From Dimorphilus gyrociliatus (Eukaryota > Animalia > Annelida), in contig CAJFCJ010000018.1 of the NCBI GenBank assembly GCA_904063045.1, forward strand, positions 248,001-312,000: a stretch of DNA of 64,000 nucleotides, in the 5' to 3' direction. The notes beneath the pieces are model-generated. The model saw only the letters and a list, made by a program, of their open reading frames with translations, was not told where the DNA came from and did no database searches. Below, piece after piece: positions 24,137 through 39,000 of the stretch. The translations under genes were made by a program, and so were the position numbers. Every line of letters starts with the position of its first letter. Position 1 is the first letter of the stretch.

Positions 24137-25527
24137 ATGGCTTTTAAGGAGAATCGACCGAAAAAATTGCTTCTTATTTTGTTGGATGGAGTAAGATGGG
24201 ATTATGAAAAAAAATTTAATATGAAAAGTTTGCAAAGAATACGTGAAATTGGATTTTCAGTAGATATGCTCCAGCCTTGCTATCCGTCCATGTCGGCTCC
24301 AAATTATTATAGTGCCACGACAGGAAAACATCCTGGAAACCATGGGCTTATAAACAATACAATGTTTGAAGAAGAGAAAAATATCGAATTTAGAGCTTTC
24401 GTTAATCCACCAGATCCGATTTGTTTAGACGAAATGTGGTGGAGTGAAGCTGAGCCGTTATGGATTTCAGCCACAAAGAGCTCGTTAAGGGTTCATATGT
24501 ATCGTTGGTTTGGAAGTACTGTTGCTAGAAATGATGTTGTCCCGGTGCTTTCTTCGGAATATATCGATGGCTATCCTATATGCCATATGCAAAATGACTT
24601 ACTAAAAGCGTTAGACTTATTTGTAAATGATAGTTCCGATTTTATTGGTGGCTATTATAGATTAGTTTTAATTAAAAATTAAATTACAAATATCTTATCT
24701 AAAGGTTTCTACGTAGGAGCTACAGACGATGCTGGACATTTTCATGGTGTAGAGAGTGAAATAACTGAAAAAACTTGTAGAATTGTTGACGAAAACCTGC
24801 TTGAATTATTGGATATCTTAGATACAAAAAAGAACAAATACGGTTTAAATTCGTATAAGATATATAATATTGTTTATAATTTAATATTTCACAAGATAAC
24901 CTATTGAAAGACGAAGTAAATGTGGTGATCTTCTCTGATCATGGAATGACTCAACTGAATTCTGAAAAAACTGTAAACGTAAAAAGCTTAATTGAGGACT
25001 TGTGTCCTAAACGCTATATTTTGCTCGACTGTACTCTGCACATATGGGCTAAAGATAAACTGCAAGAAAACAAAGTAAACTAGTACTTTTACCGTTTACT
25101 CGAAATAATTATATTTATAGATTTATCAAATACTCTCAAAAATCGAACACCTGAACGTTCACAAAAGAGAAGATATTCCGGAAAGATTTCATTATGGACA
25201 ACATCCAAGGGTTGGCGACATATTTGCCTACACTGATTTACCTTATGTCTTTTATGTAAGTTCGATGAAATTTATGATTTTTATTTTGGTTTAACTTTAT
25301 TTATGAAAAAGAACCCAGAGAAAAAACTAAACGGAAATCATGGATTCGATAACGCAGAGAAGGACATGCAAGGAATTTTTTACGCTTTTGGACCAGATAT
25401 TATAGAAAATGGAAAAACAACAAAGGCATCGATGGTGGATATTTACCCTCTGCTATGCCAACTACTGAAAATAAAAATCTTTGATTGTGACAGCGAATCT
25501 GAAGCACTTTTGGCTGCATTGAAATAA
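24137..25527 (+). CDS. ENPP6: ENPP6-like phosphodiesterase (alkaline phosphatase superfamily; Ser-nucleophile type)
   Basis: Exons: 24137-24647, 24705-24842, 24896-25074, 25121-25255, 25312-25527. Motifs LLILLDGVRWDY, YPSMSAPNYY (Ser at 24293-24295, as in ENPP6 PSLSYPNYY), WWSEAEPLW, TDDAGH, IFSDHGM, GNHGFDN..DMQGIFYAFGP. Confidence 0.88.
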
Positions 25528-25879
25528 ATGATAATTTAGTTTATTTAATTATTAATCAATGTTTGGTTGAAGAAAATGTTGCATGTATCATTTATTGCAA
25601 ATTTTTGAAAGAACACGTACAAAAAATAACAACTAGTACAATAAACATAACTATTTAAGTATGTTTATTACAAGCTTATACATTAACGCATTCATATATC
25701 GTATATCTCGACTCATGACAGCTACAAAATTAAATTAATTATCTTCTGATAAATTATATTACTGCCAATAAATCAGAACAAATTAGCAAAAGGTGTGTCC
25801 TTCGAAATTCGGCAACACTTATTTCTGAGCGAGAAAGAATACTGCAGATAATTATTTTCTTCACAGTAGAGAATTAAAA

Positions 25880-28800
25880 CTAGATCGGAGTTTCTTTCAC
25901 ACTCCCTTTAAGGCTATCTCTGGATCGATCAATAGGAGTCAAGGGAGTTATGTAGCCGCTGAAACTGCTAACATGATCATAAGTTAGATGGTCGCATTCT
26001 GATGTTTGATCACTTGGCGGTATTATAGGCAATCTATTGTGGCTGTACAAAACATGATTGAACTGGCTTTGGTCTAACATCTTTTCTTCAACAGGTTCTT
26101 GATTACCAGTTACAGGTATGCCTGTTACATATCATTTTAAAAATGCAACATCTATAAACTCAGGACACAAGAAATTACTGATAAAGAAAATATTAAATAG
26201 AAAAAGATTTTTTTGAGGTTTTCAGAGTATCAGACTGTTTAGCTATTATAATTCAGGCGGCATGCAATTTACGAACCTGATTTACTTCCACTGGTGCATT
26301 GTAAAATAAATGAAATCACAACTCAGTAAATTTGTTGCTGTTTCGATATATCCTATCCAATTTAATCATTTATACATATCAAACAAAAATTGATACGTAC
26401 TTTCTGTTTTCCACATTGTTGGGGTTGCTTGGCCCAAAATATTTGACATTGCCTTAGGAATACATAACGTATGTATAAATAGCAGTAATAATTTAGAATA
26501 AAAATAATAAATAAATAGAAAGTATTTTGAACAGGCTTACCGTATTTTACAACAGACTCTCTTTTATCGTGATTCCTACTGAAGATTTTAACGCCACACA
26601 CGGACATTATGACAGTGAAGATGAAGAAAAGTAAACCGCCCACTATGCCACCTATTGCAGCCTTGGATAGTTTTATGCCTTTTTTCATTGGATCTATTAT
26701 AAAAATGTTAAAAAACACATATTTATCATCTCGATATTTTACTGCTAAGGATTACCTCCAGTATGATAAACCATTTCCTCGCTAGGTTTCGATTGGGCGC
26801 CATTGTTATAGCTATGAAGATGACATTTCTCTCCATTAGTTTTATTGTTTAAAATTTAAAGATATCGAATGTAAAACTCGCCTGAATACTTTAAAACGAT
26901 ACTTAGCACCGCGGGAAAAACCCTTCCATTCAAAGGATGTCCCATTATTTATTGGACCTGATAGATCATCGAATTTACCCACAGTTCTATGTAATTTGGC
27001 AAATACAAAAATTTTTCTTTAGGGACAGTTATTCTTTCGTACGGACTCATATTAAATTTATTTTACCGAAAGTAAACAATGTAATATTGGACGGGAACTG
27101 TTAAATTTCTTGGAGGAAGCCAACGGATTTCTAGAGTGTCTCCTAAATTTTTAATGGTTAAGTTTCTTGGCGAATCGGGCCTTGGACCTGGAGAATAAAC
27201 TTGTTGAATTAATAAGACAAGTAATGGCTTAAGTGCTAAAAACCAACCCGGAGGAGGAATAGCAATAGCTGCTGATGGATATACTTCAGTTTTTGTAATA
27301 TGACGTTTACTACCTACACGAGTAATAATAATAATTATTATAATAGTAGTACTTTTACTACATAATCTACTAATATAAAATGCTAATAAAATTTCAAAGT
27401 ACCTTTAGTTTTTACTAAGTGTCTTTCACTAAATAAACCATTTCCTAAGCTATTACTGTTGAAATAAGCAAAAATTTAAAAGCATATTAATGATTACACA
27501 ACTTATGAATATTTTGTAAGGTCTATTCATACCGAGATAATATTACAAATTCATAGCGAGTATCAGATTTTAAATTTTCAACTAGAAGACTAGTATAATC
27601 ATCCGGTACAGCAATAGTTGTCCAGTTTTGTTTCGTATTCTTTTCTATTTCTCTATACCTGATAAATAATTTAATGAAAAGTCATAAAAATTTCAAGTAA
27701 TAAAAGTACCAAATAAAATAATCTTGACGCTTTGCATAATCACTGTCAAAAGCTGGCAACCATTTGACATTTGCAGTATTTTCGGTAGTTTTTATTGAGA
27801 TGTTGCGAGCTCTATGCGGAGAGCTCACTGAAAAAATTTGGTATCATATTATTAATTAAAAAAATTATTTCGAAGTATACCTTCGACAATAAGTAATGTG
27901 GTTGTGACTATAGTTGCCACCTCATTACTCGCTTCACACTCATAATAACCACTATCATCCATACTTAAGTACGTTATTACTAATCGGCTGTCTTCAATCA
28001 ATTTTTTCTCTGGATCTAGTTGACCATTTTGCTGTTTCATAAATTTTTATCACTTTAGCAAGCAAAACACAAGGGATAAAGACCTTTTGCCACTTTATCG
28101 TGGGAGTTGGATCCCCTGTAGCTTCACAGGGAATAGAAATTGTATCTCCAACTTGTTTCTGGTAGTATCTTTTAGGCCTCTCTTTAAAATAGGGAGGATC
28201 TGGAAAAATTGTCTAGTGTAAAATACAAAGAGAATTTCATATAAGCAGATACCTCGGATATGAACTTGAAAACGTGGAGAATATTTACTTGCACCTAGTG
28301 CTGAGTAAGGTGTACAAGAGTATGCACCTTCGTCACTTTCCCTGACCGTTCTATTATTTAATTATATATTTAGATATTCAGATAAAGCGTATATGTTTTT
28401 CTTCTACCTGAAAGCTAAATCGGAAAGATTCCTCTTGTAAACTCTTGTGTAGTCTAAAAACTTTATTTCTTGCTCGTTTTTAGTCCATACTACAGATGTG
28501 ACAGGTGGATTTGCGTCAAATGGACAACTGAGTAGTCCTGGCATGTTACGGGGTAGCAGAACTGTCATGTCGGAAGTTAAAACGACTGGCAAGTCTAAAA
28601 ACAGATACAAAAAGAATTATTAAATGAATTTAAAATACATGAATGATCCTCTTAGGGCTACAGAAATCGAAACATTTCGAATGCAACATTCGTAGTCACA
28701 AAAGGCCTTCCTCTTGGCTTTTTAGCATTTACAGAAAAATACGCCAGAAATCTTACCAAAGAATTTTACAAAAATAAGAATCTGAAGTCGAAGAATTGCA

Positions 28801-31800
28801 GTCATATTGTTTACTTTTTGCTATCCGAATTATAATTATTTAATGAGAAAATACATCTTTTATAGATATTTTAGTTTTGCAAGTATTGATTTCTTTACTT
28901 GAATTGAGCTGTGCTGTACGAGAATTTCTCATTTTCAGCTTATACAGTCAACTACTGTCAAATAGCACAGAGCCAAGTTTGTCTCCAAATTAAAAATCGA
29001 TGAAATTCGTTTTTCTTCATTTACTTCCTATTCGTTCCAGATCGCGTATGAGAAAAGTCTTTGGGCAACAAACCATTCGACTGCACTTGCTTAATTAGAG
29101 AGAGGACAACGTAATTTTTACGTTATAGAAAAAAGACGACTCAATCGTCTATGGTAAAATTGCGACACTAATGTAGTAATCTAGAAAAAGCTATATAGCG
29201 CCCCCTATTAGAAATTCGAAGTAACATCATCATCTTATTTAACTAAAACTCTCAAGAGAGTAGTCCTAGACTTTCGATCCATCACCAAACAATAAACAAA
29301 AAAAGTCGAATAAAATAATACAAAAAACAAGAATTAGAGAGCTTTTTGCTCGAAAATTTCGATTCTGCTTGTTATTAAATATAAGTTAAATGAAAATGAT
29401 GCTTACAAGTTACATTTAAAAACGCCTTTGCTTTAGCCGAAGTAGAAATTTCATTTTTTGCTTCGCATTCAAACCATGCGCTATCGCTTTTTATGACATT
29501 TCTGATAATCAATGTACCATCCGATAAAATCGATGAACGTAAAGTTCCCAAGCCTGTTTGAGACGAAGTATATTTCTAGGTGAGATTATAAATGAGGTAG
29601 TTTTAACGAAAGTCTTACCAGGTACTAATTGAACGTCAACGTTATCTTTATACCACTTGAATGTGGAATTATGAAATTCATTATCAGCATGACAAATAAA
29701 TTTCGCTTCATTTCCGTCCTGAACGGTTATGTTTCGAGGTTTTTCCATGATGTATACGTATCCTGTAGATGGCGATAGCAATCAGATAGAAGAAAATAAT
29801 CGCTTTTACGGTTTTACCTTTTATAATCAACTTAATGGTATGCGAAGCTTGACCTACAACATTCTTAAAGACGCATTGGTAAGCCCCTCCATCCTCTCTT
29901 TTCAAGTTATTTAATCGAATCTATGTACGGAATATTTTGTTAGCTATACTGTGACATAGTATTGACGCTATTAGTTTTACCTTATTTCCATCTACAATTA
30001 TGTCTTCAGAGCTGAGCACTTCATTTCCATCTTTTAACCAAGTTAGCTGTGGTTCAGGACTGCCTGTAGCTGAGCACCACAACTCGATGTTTTGTCCTTC
30101 TTTTCCAAGCAAGAATGATGGCGAATTATTTCCTATCACTGGAGGAGCTGCGAACATCATAGTAACTATTAATTTATTATTAGCACTATTTATTCCGTCA
30201 AGTGTATATTTATCTGCTATACGATATCACGCTTTGACCTCGAATTTTTGGCAAGGAAATGCAAAATATATAGTATATCGAATAGAAAATATAGAGATAT
30301 TGATTTCAGCGATCTTGCTCTTTTCATTCGCCTTCCCTTTTTAATATTCCTATTACTTTATACAAGGACACAAGGCTCTTGGTTGCCAGGAAATTACCTC
30401 CATCAAGTTTTTCCCTATAGTCTTCGTCATAACAAACGCAAGTAGTAATGTGGATTAGAATATATAAACTATAATGAAATGTTCCAGTTTCTTGCACCCG
30501 GTAACGCTGCATTTCTCAAAAGACCAGGTCGCTGATATTACATTCATTGCACTGAAAAGAAAACTGATGTGACGTACGTAGGTTTGATAAGAGAAAGTTC
30601 CGAATTATGCTTTCAAGATTCTATGTAAAACGTATTGCCAGACAGCCGTCGCTATTATAGTTAATAAAGCCTGAAGAGATAACTCAATTCGGTGACGGAG
30701 AATAATCTCATGAGCATTAAAGGATTACGTATAGACTATTGATTTTTTCCTTTTCTGGCTTATGTAATGGATGCTTCCCAACTAAAACAAACACATTCGA
30801 TCAGACACAATTTAGGGCATGGACGCAGTGATGAGAAATGACTAAAGCGAAGACAAGAAAAATCAATCAAAAAAAAAGAAATAGTATACAGATGGTCAGG
30901 ACAACTCGTGTCTCGTAATTACTGTTCCGCGTTAAAAGTAGAGGGCAAGACACATTAGGCGTCTTCATTTGTAGGCTAATATGAGAGAAGCCTAACATAT
31001 TTCAGACAGGTAAATTCTCTTGACATAGATTTAAAATTAGAAAAAGAACAAATCATTTGGCTGAATCGCAAGAATCTCAAGAGTACCGTTCTATAGCAAT
31101 CCTACCAATCATCTAATAAATGATGCGATAGTGAAGGCGATGTTTGCACTCTACATTTGCGACGTTCGCCAAACATACTAGTGTCATTCATAGTTCTATT
31201 GATGTGTGTATATATTACACTGATTATTGGTAAATTCATTAGTACAATTATTCTGCTTTCGCTTTTTAATATTCTAGCATCTTCGTGTATAAGTATAATT
31301 TAACATACTTTTAATTATTCGCCAGAGTCATAGATTTTTCTGTGGGTAATTATGAAATTGTCCATATTATGGGAATCTAATGGATATATTATTAATTCTT
31401 GTCGTTATTATAAAGCGATTAAATGTGAATAGTATAGCGTCGCTTTTACAGAGAAACACTAACAAAGAACAAATACAAATAGACGTCACGGGTATTAAGT
31501 AAACAGAACTCATGTTGAATAAAAGCTTGAGGAGGAGAAAAGGACATTAGCGAAGCGTAAGACACAGTAAATAGACGCCCGATAGAGGCCCGTAGATGGT
31601 TACAGTTTGCAAGTGCGAATTTTACGCTTCGTTACCATCTTTAGTAGTACAAACGCATATTTATAAATATATTTTCTATATATACGCTAATAGCAATGTA
31701 CATATGCTCTATGGATCTAGCGAAATAGTTACGTTACATAAGGCCTCTCACTCACTCTAAATACACTTAGGATATATGCTATATATGCTGTATATATATT

Positions 31801-34800
31801 AAATTAGTTGATAAAAAAGTGACGGGACAAACATATAAATTATGAGGATAAAACGGCCTTTCCCTATACAGACTCGTTATGAGAGAAAAATTTGTATGCC
31901 ATAAGCATCAAAAAAACCGTTCGAAATGTCCCAATATTTCTGCAATCCTTTACGTTTCTCTTTCAATTTTCGTCAAGCACGCAACTTGTTTTGCCAAATA
32001 TCTGCTTTACGCTTTCTAGCAGCTGGGGTTGTTGATAAATCTTATATAAATGTCTGAATCGCGTGCTAAAAGCAAAAAGAAATTATATTCAGTATTCGTC
32101 TATGGCTACGTTTCCAAGGCAGTTTATCTGTTAAGCTTTGTAGACTTAGCACCAATTGATTGGGCTCAGAATAAACTCAGGAGGTTTAAAACAATATCTG
32201 CAGAGATTGTAACGGACAACAGACGATTAAATGATAAAGCATAAACAGTCATTTGACCTAATCGACCTATGTCACATTTACTTTTCCAGTTAGTACTTGC
32301 CTGCAGCCTTACTTTACGGGGAATTAGCCAAATTCCCAGCACTCCAAAACTTATAAACGCTGTCTTACGTTTAAGTACATGTGTAAAAGTATAAACAAAT
32401 AGTTTTAATAAATTATACTAATCGTGCAAAAAAGTCCCAATATTCCAAACAAATCAATAACATTCGACTGTTCTCATATTGATTAGCCTAATGGCGAGTT
32501 TGTGTAATTTATATGCAATTTAATTCAGTTTATTGTGTCTCTGTAACTGATTCGTTTTCAAAAATAAAATTTGAAAGCATAACTCTATAAATATCAGATG
32601 AAATATATTACCCCTACAAAAAAAAAATTCACAAACTTACGGTCTTTCAGCGAAAATATGTATATATTGTTTGCAAGATTACTTTCAACCAATTCTTTCG
32701 AATAATTTGAATTTGATTCCTCAAAATTTCAAATCTATTTTAATTTATCCAAACTGGTTGAAATCAATCTAATCACTCTCACTGACATGGTATAGAACAC
32801 TCCAATCTAGTGACTCTCGTGCCTCTGATATCCAAAAAGGGTTTCTAGCTTAGGGCCACGTGACAGGTGACGTCATACAAGTTAGTACCGTGATGCTTAG
32901 TTTCACTTCGAAAGATTATTCGAGTAAACTTCAAGGTTAAAATGCACCAACCAGATGCAAAAAGTTTTTGAGAAATTGAAGATCGTATTTTATATAACAT
33001 AAGTAAAAACTTGAGGTCACTCAACCACCTACAAACATTCCAAAAGTCTAAAATAGATTTTATCTTTAAAGTTTAACATGGGATATTCATGATAGCTAAA
33101 TCTAGAGAATAACTTGTTTTTAATAACTTAGTGTGCACAAACGATAAGACAAAAAAAAGAATGAAAGTACCAGTCTATTTTTCATAATTTAAAATTAAGG
33201 CTTATACTTTAATCATGAGTAGTTTCAATACAATTATACATGCCTTGTTATCTTTCAAATGAAATAAAACTCATAGCGTGCTCATGCCAGATATCTTGGT
33301 GTCGACATCTATTGGGCTTAACCGTTTTATTTTGCTCAATACATATAGATGGTGTTGCGTCGTTTTAGATATGCGCGATTTCTTGTCTTATGAAAGATAA
33401 ATTCGTACATTCGGGAATTGGTAGAACGAAAAAATATCGAATGGACACAAGCATAAAAAATCCAGAATCTTAAAAGCACATTTTCTAGATTTTTTAAGAA
33501 TGTAGTCATTTTAAATTAAATTAATTCCGATTATCTGAGAAGTTGGTGGATTTGAAAGAGTGTCACCTCAGAGTAACATCTGGGTTTCCTCAAACATAAG
33601 CCGTTTTTTTTTATAAAATGACAGAGGTACATTTCATTCCATTCTGATTACCATCCGATTAGCTTTAATGTAAAAACAAAACCAATCAAGCGATGTCAAC
33701 AAATACACAGATATACACTTTCGTGATAAACTCAAAGATAGCTTATTTCGATTTGGCTGAGCTGAAGCGGCCACGCATTAAAGTGTGCATAGGACTATCA
33801 TACCTTCGCTACTTCTACAAACACTTACTTAGTAGATTCACATTCAAATAATAGATTACCATTTGAATACTCTATACTCACGTACATTCATTCAAATATA
33901 TTAAATTATCCTTATTTGGTTTCACAAACATGGGGAATGATCTACTACAATTAGCACGAAATTTTAAGAGTTTCGCTTTGAATACCCAATTTGGCCTAAT
34001 TTACAAGATATTTAATAAAAAAATCTTTAACATAATTACTTTTTTTGCTTATTTATGAGGTTATTTCTTAAATTGGACTCATAAAAATATAAAAATATAG
34101 CATCTAGACAGAACTAAAAACATCTATACTGTATTTATATATATACTGTATATTGTTTTATATTTTATTCGTACACGAAGCGAAAAAAACTTATATATAT
34201 ATATGATGCCCCTGACTGTTGATTGAGCTAAGAATGTTCTCGTTTAGAGCGTATCGATCGAAAATATCGATTAAAGATCGGTAGGGGCCAATATAAACAC
34301 GACAAACAACCTTATCAAGAATTCGCGTCAGAAAATGAGATGAAAAAAAACGCAGCAAATAGACACACGGACCTGATCAGTAAATAAAGTGATTTAGATA
34401 GATTAGGTCTATTGGCAATAAAGCCGTGCAATGCAGCCGAGTAATTGCCTCACAGTCGGTGACAAAAAATTGTTTACATGGATAAATAGGTATTTTTGGG
34501 TCTTTTGGAATAAAGCTAATTGTCAGATACTCTCTAGAAAATTATAAAAATACATAGCACTATATAGGACTTATTAATTGAGGAATGGATTTCCGGAGAA
34601 CGACAAGCCGAAAGAAGTAAAAGGTCAAAGTAAAAGATGAAATTGAATAAACTAGCGTCAAGGCCCTGTACGGTGATTGCTGTTCGTTTCGAGCTCGCCC
34701 GCAAATTCGATTCTTTTATGCTACGTGCTTATACTTGACGCTCTGCAACGTCAGTTGGCCGCACATTCGTTCTTCTTTGTATTTTTCGACGTCAATCAAT

Positions 34801-36061
34801 TTGCTTGTTGCCCAACTTTTTCAATGCACGTAATCTGGACGTTTCGCTTTATGGCGTTTGATGAGGAAGAAGAGGGTAAAAAACATGATTTATAATGGTG
34901 CTCAGCAGTGTGAGTAAACTGACCAGAACAAAATCAATAAAGTAAAGACCGAACCCTTTTACTATGGAGTATGAACTATAACAAATGCTTTCGAATAACA
35001 GTTGTAGACGCCTAATTTTTCATTGTCGTTACTGACGTTTAGGGCAAGTATATAATGAATAGTCAATACGTATAAACGTTGCTAAATATACTGGCTTATG
35101 TGCACCTTTAATGTCATTGACATTTCAAAAAGAAAAGTAAATTCGTAATTTTCCTTGATTAGCACTATTGAGAGAGAGAGTTGAATGAATTTGTCGCTTT
35201 ATGTGTAATTTAGTATAAAGAAACTTTCAGGAAAAAGAATGCATTAATAAAATTAAGCAGAAAAACACTTCTTTCACCTGCCTAAACCTCATTTCCTTAA
35301 GTGCATGTAGAATACGAGGCTCATTGACGTTTTTCCATAAAGATATACAACTATATATTAACTTATACTAATATTAGTATTTTTATCATTGAATGTAATT
35401 TTTGTGACGACTTTAAAACTTACACAATAATATTGACTCATAGTAATTATCGTCTATAGCTTTCAGCGTAATCGATAAACTATTAAAACACTCACCGTGT
35501 ACTGTTAGATATATCCAGCTTCCGTTTGAATTTAGGTTATATCTCTTATATACATCTAAAACCCTGCACTCATACCAGCCCTCATCTTCTTCTTTAATGT
35601 TCGTAATTTGAATAGACGGTCCTAAAAAGCGAGCAAGGAAAACCTCTCTGTATTCTAGTTCATTTAAAGTGTAGCCAAAAAAAATTAGCTGTACCTCCCT
35701 CGTAAAGGTTGACCCGACCTCTAAATTGTTCTGTTACCAATTTTTCGCTTCCTCTCTAAGTGAAATGAAAAATATTTTAATACTATTAATTATAAACGTT
35801 GAAATGTATGATTTAATTATAGAAGTAGCTATCATATTTTTATATGATATTTTTTACGATTTTATACTCTTATTGAACAAACCTGGGTATAAAATGGGGA
35901 TTCGCCTTTGATATTTCTTTTCCATAATATAAAAATGGAATCAGGACTAGCACCGGGTGGAACGAACAAATCACAGTCCAATATCTCAGAATCCCCGACG
36001 ACACTCGTTTTTCCTTCAGACCGTAAACTTCGAACTCGATGAGTTCTGTGCCGTATTTCAC
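25880..36061 (-). CDS. IGSF9: Turtle/IGSF9-family cell-adhesion molecule (5 Ig, 2 FN3, TM, cytoplasmic tail); signal-peptide exon not located with certainty
   Basis: Ig1 exons 36061-35883, 35755-35695, 35621-35496 (EEDEGWYECR...NGSWIYLTVH-APP, a Turtle-type junction), then a 5.3-kb intron. Ig2-Ig5 exons: 30147-29981, 29920-29818, 29762-29619, 29553-29407, 28594-28408, 28350-28253, 28199-28084, 28031-27881. FN3 domains with WLPAFD...YFIWY and PDSPRNLT. TM AAIGGIVGGLLFFIFTVIMSVC at about 26590-26660. The last exon ends ...KETPI* at 25880. Confidence 0.88.
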
Positions 36062-39000
36062 CTAGAAGAAAAAGGAAGAATAGTATATATAATAGGAACA
36101 TGTTATATCCCTTTACTTGAGAGAGAAAGTGTATCAAAGAATTTTCCTTCGAAGGAGGAAGATATAAACTACTTACTAACTACAAAGTACTAATTACTGA
36201 TTATCGTATATTTAAATTGAGGATATATCACGCTGAAATATTAATTTTCTTAACATACTTTTAAGTATATAGATATATTAATAAATTCATTTCGTATTGC
36301 TTACTGAGTTCAATTGTTTATATAAATACGAAGGTGCATAACTTTCTACTTCGCCGTTACAATCAAGCTTAAACTCAAGTAGTCTATGGGGAATTGATAA
36401 AGGAGATTAACTAAACAGAAAAGACCTATAGAGAGTGGAGAAGACGAAAAAAGTTGCTTTTGTTAAAAACAATACATTGGTAGCCTCAAGCTATATACAG
36501 CAATAAAACAAATCCTTCGTCTACTCTTAAATTTAAATAAGCTGATAGTCTTCCAATAAAAGATTTATATGCATGCCTATTAAATAGGGATTGTCCGATA
36601 TCAGTCTATATTGAATTCTTATTCAAACTTTTAAAGCCTAAAAGCTACTGAAATCTCATGAGAGTCATTTCTGTTTTAAAATTGTTTCAATATGAAAAAC
36701 ACAGAGTTCTATAAATGTCGACAAAATATAACATAAAGCTCAATAAACTGTAATATGACGCTTTACACAAGAAGATGAAATGAACGTCGTATAGTAGACG
36801 CTTCAATCCGATTTGGCCAATAAAACGGATTTAGTTTGTACATACAGCAATAGAATTTGACGTCAAATTTTACGGAAAATGATTGCAGTATACATGTATA
36901 CTGAAAATAAATAGCTTGTATTAGCTTTATATCGGAGAATTGATGAAACAAACATCGAACTCTGTGCAAATGCTAAGAACCAGGAGGCCCAATCAATATA
37001 TTGTAGGCTTATCGAATAAAGACGAAAACTAGCCATATATGGTATCGTAAAAGCGTCCCCTAAGATTAATTACTAAACTCATAAAATATACAGTATATTG
37101 TATAATAGAGGATTAATGACATTCACTAAAATACTGTGTTGAAGATTATTTCAAAGCATCAGATTAATCCGTTTACTAACAAATAAAGCTCACCTCCACC
37201 CACTTTTATTCTCAAAAAAAGCAAAAATATATAGGCTTGCTGATGAAAGTTTAAAAGAGAAACGCCTTAACGCAAGGAGATAGACGCTTCTCAGGGTAAA
37301 ATGCCTCTCAAACGTCAATAAACATAACGAAATAACCATTCTATTGCACAAGCTGTGCATAAAATAAAGTTAAATATATGAAAAAAGGCATAGCCGCAGG
37401 ATTGGAGACATTTAACAATAATTTACTGGCTCTCAGGAGAAATAAACTTAAATGGTGACAATAATCCATAGCAGCGTTGCTTGTACTTGATCCAGAGTAG
37501 GTCTAATTTTCTATAATTCAGTTTAAGAAATTTTTTCTCATTTAAGGGAAGCTAAGACAGAAGAAAGCAGATAAAATTTGCTATTTGTGCTATTGAGTGA
37601 ATATATGGATATAACTTATGTAATCAGATTAGGAGTCTCGGAAAACGCCTAGATGAGTTAACGGAAAGCGTTAAGTTAACTGTAACGGTTTGTCAAGAGT
37701 GTCAGAACGGGCCTACAGCTATGTTTATCATGGCAAAGGTCGTTTGCTCTGGCTAACGTTAACGAGCTGCATATGGCTTCTACATCGCGTGCTGGGAAGT
37801 TGTGTTTGCCTAACGATTCATTCCAGAAGTCGTGCCAGTTTGTTTTTTTCTATTGACCGAATGCGGATAAGAAAGGTAATATATACATTTAATGTTTCTT
37901 CTCGATAAAGAAAGATAAATATATAGGAACTGACGAGCATAAGAAAAGGCACAAATCAATAGGATGAATGAAGCAATAAGACACTGCAAAAGCAGCAAAG
38001 TTGGCACCCCAAGCCACCGTCGAATATATTATATGTTTGCTAAAACGTCGAATTGCAGATCCCGGTTCGCTCAGTAGTGTATAATTGAAGATAAAAATTC
38101 TCTCTTGAAAGTGATACGAAGGAAAGTAAAAGCGTCTAGTATAATATAGTCATTCATCACAGACCGCTGACGACAAGGCTACCCATCGCTTCCAACGATT
38201 TATACACTTGCCTTAGTTTTCTTAAAATTTAGAATTTCAAGTTTAAATCTAATGAAACAGATGAACTATTGATTCTTATCTATGTTTAATGATGTAGCGC
38301 TCTTCTTCTGCTGTTGCATATAGACTGTCGTACAATGTATTGTACAAGTGGAATAAAGAAATGTAAAAAAAAGTCGAAAGGAAACGCGTTATCCCATAGG
38401 TGAAGTAAGTTGGAAGGAGCTTAACGATACATCAATACATCTCCCGAGGCCCTTTCCATCGTGTCACAGCTCGATTAGCGTGACACGCTTCCTTACATGC
38501 ATAAAAGACCTGAAATTCAGGTATGTACGAAGAAGTGATAGGGTAGAAGTCATCGGATTATTGATCTCACCCAAACAAAACATGTTGATTGAAAAAGACA
38601 GTGGATATTTCGCAAATACGATAGAGTAAAGCATTGAAGACCCATAATACTCCATAGATCTGTTTATGAATCTCGTCTCTTGCTACTTTCCTATTTTACA
38701 ATTATTTTTCTGTATAAAAGAGCTTATTACGCGCAGGTGCTTCTAAATGAAAATCCGCACAATACGCTTAAATAGTCGATTAATTCTCTCTGTCAACACT
38801 ATTAATCGCCATTTTGCGTACGATAGTGCAATATTTCTCATTTTTTCGAACATGGTTACTTACTTTTAGAGAAAAGTGAAAAGGTCAAAAATATCAGGCT
38901 GGTATGCACCAATATATCGGAACATTGAATCCTCATATTACGATGTTCGAACAAATTTCGAGTATTTCCTTATTACAATCCATTTTTATTGCAGTAATCC

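Noticed and set aside
37810-38007. Signal-peptide-like ORF (PTLLLLQCLIASFILLICAFSYA) as the Turtle first exon
   Set aside because: It starts at GTG with an in-frame stop upstream and no ATG, and has no suitable phase-1 donor. The true first exon remains unlocated.
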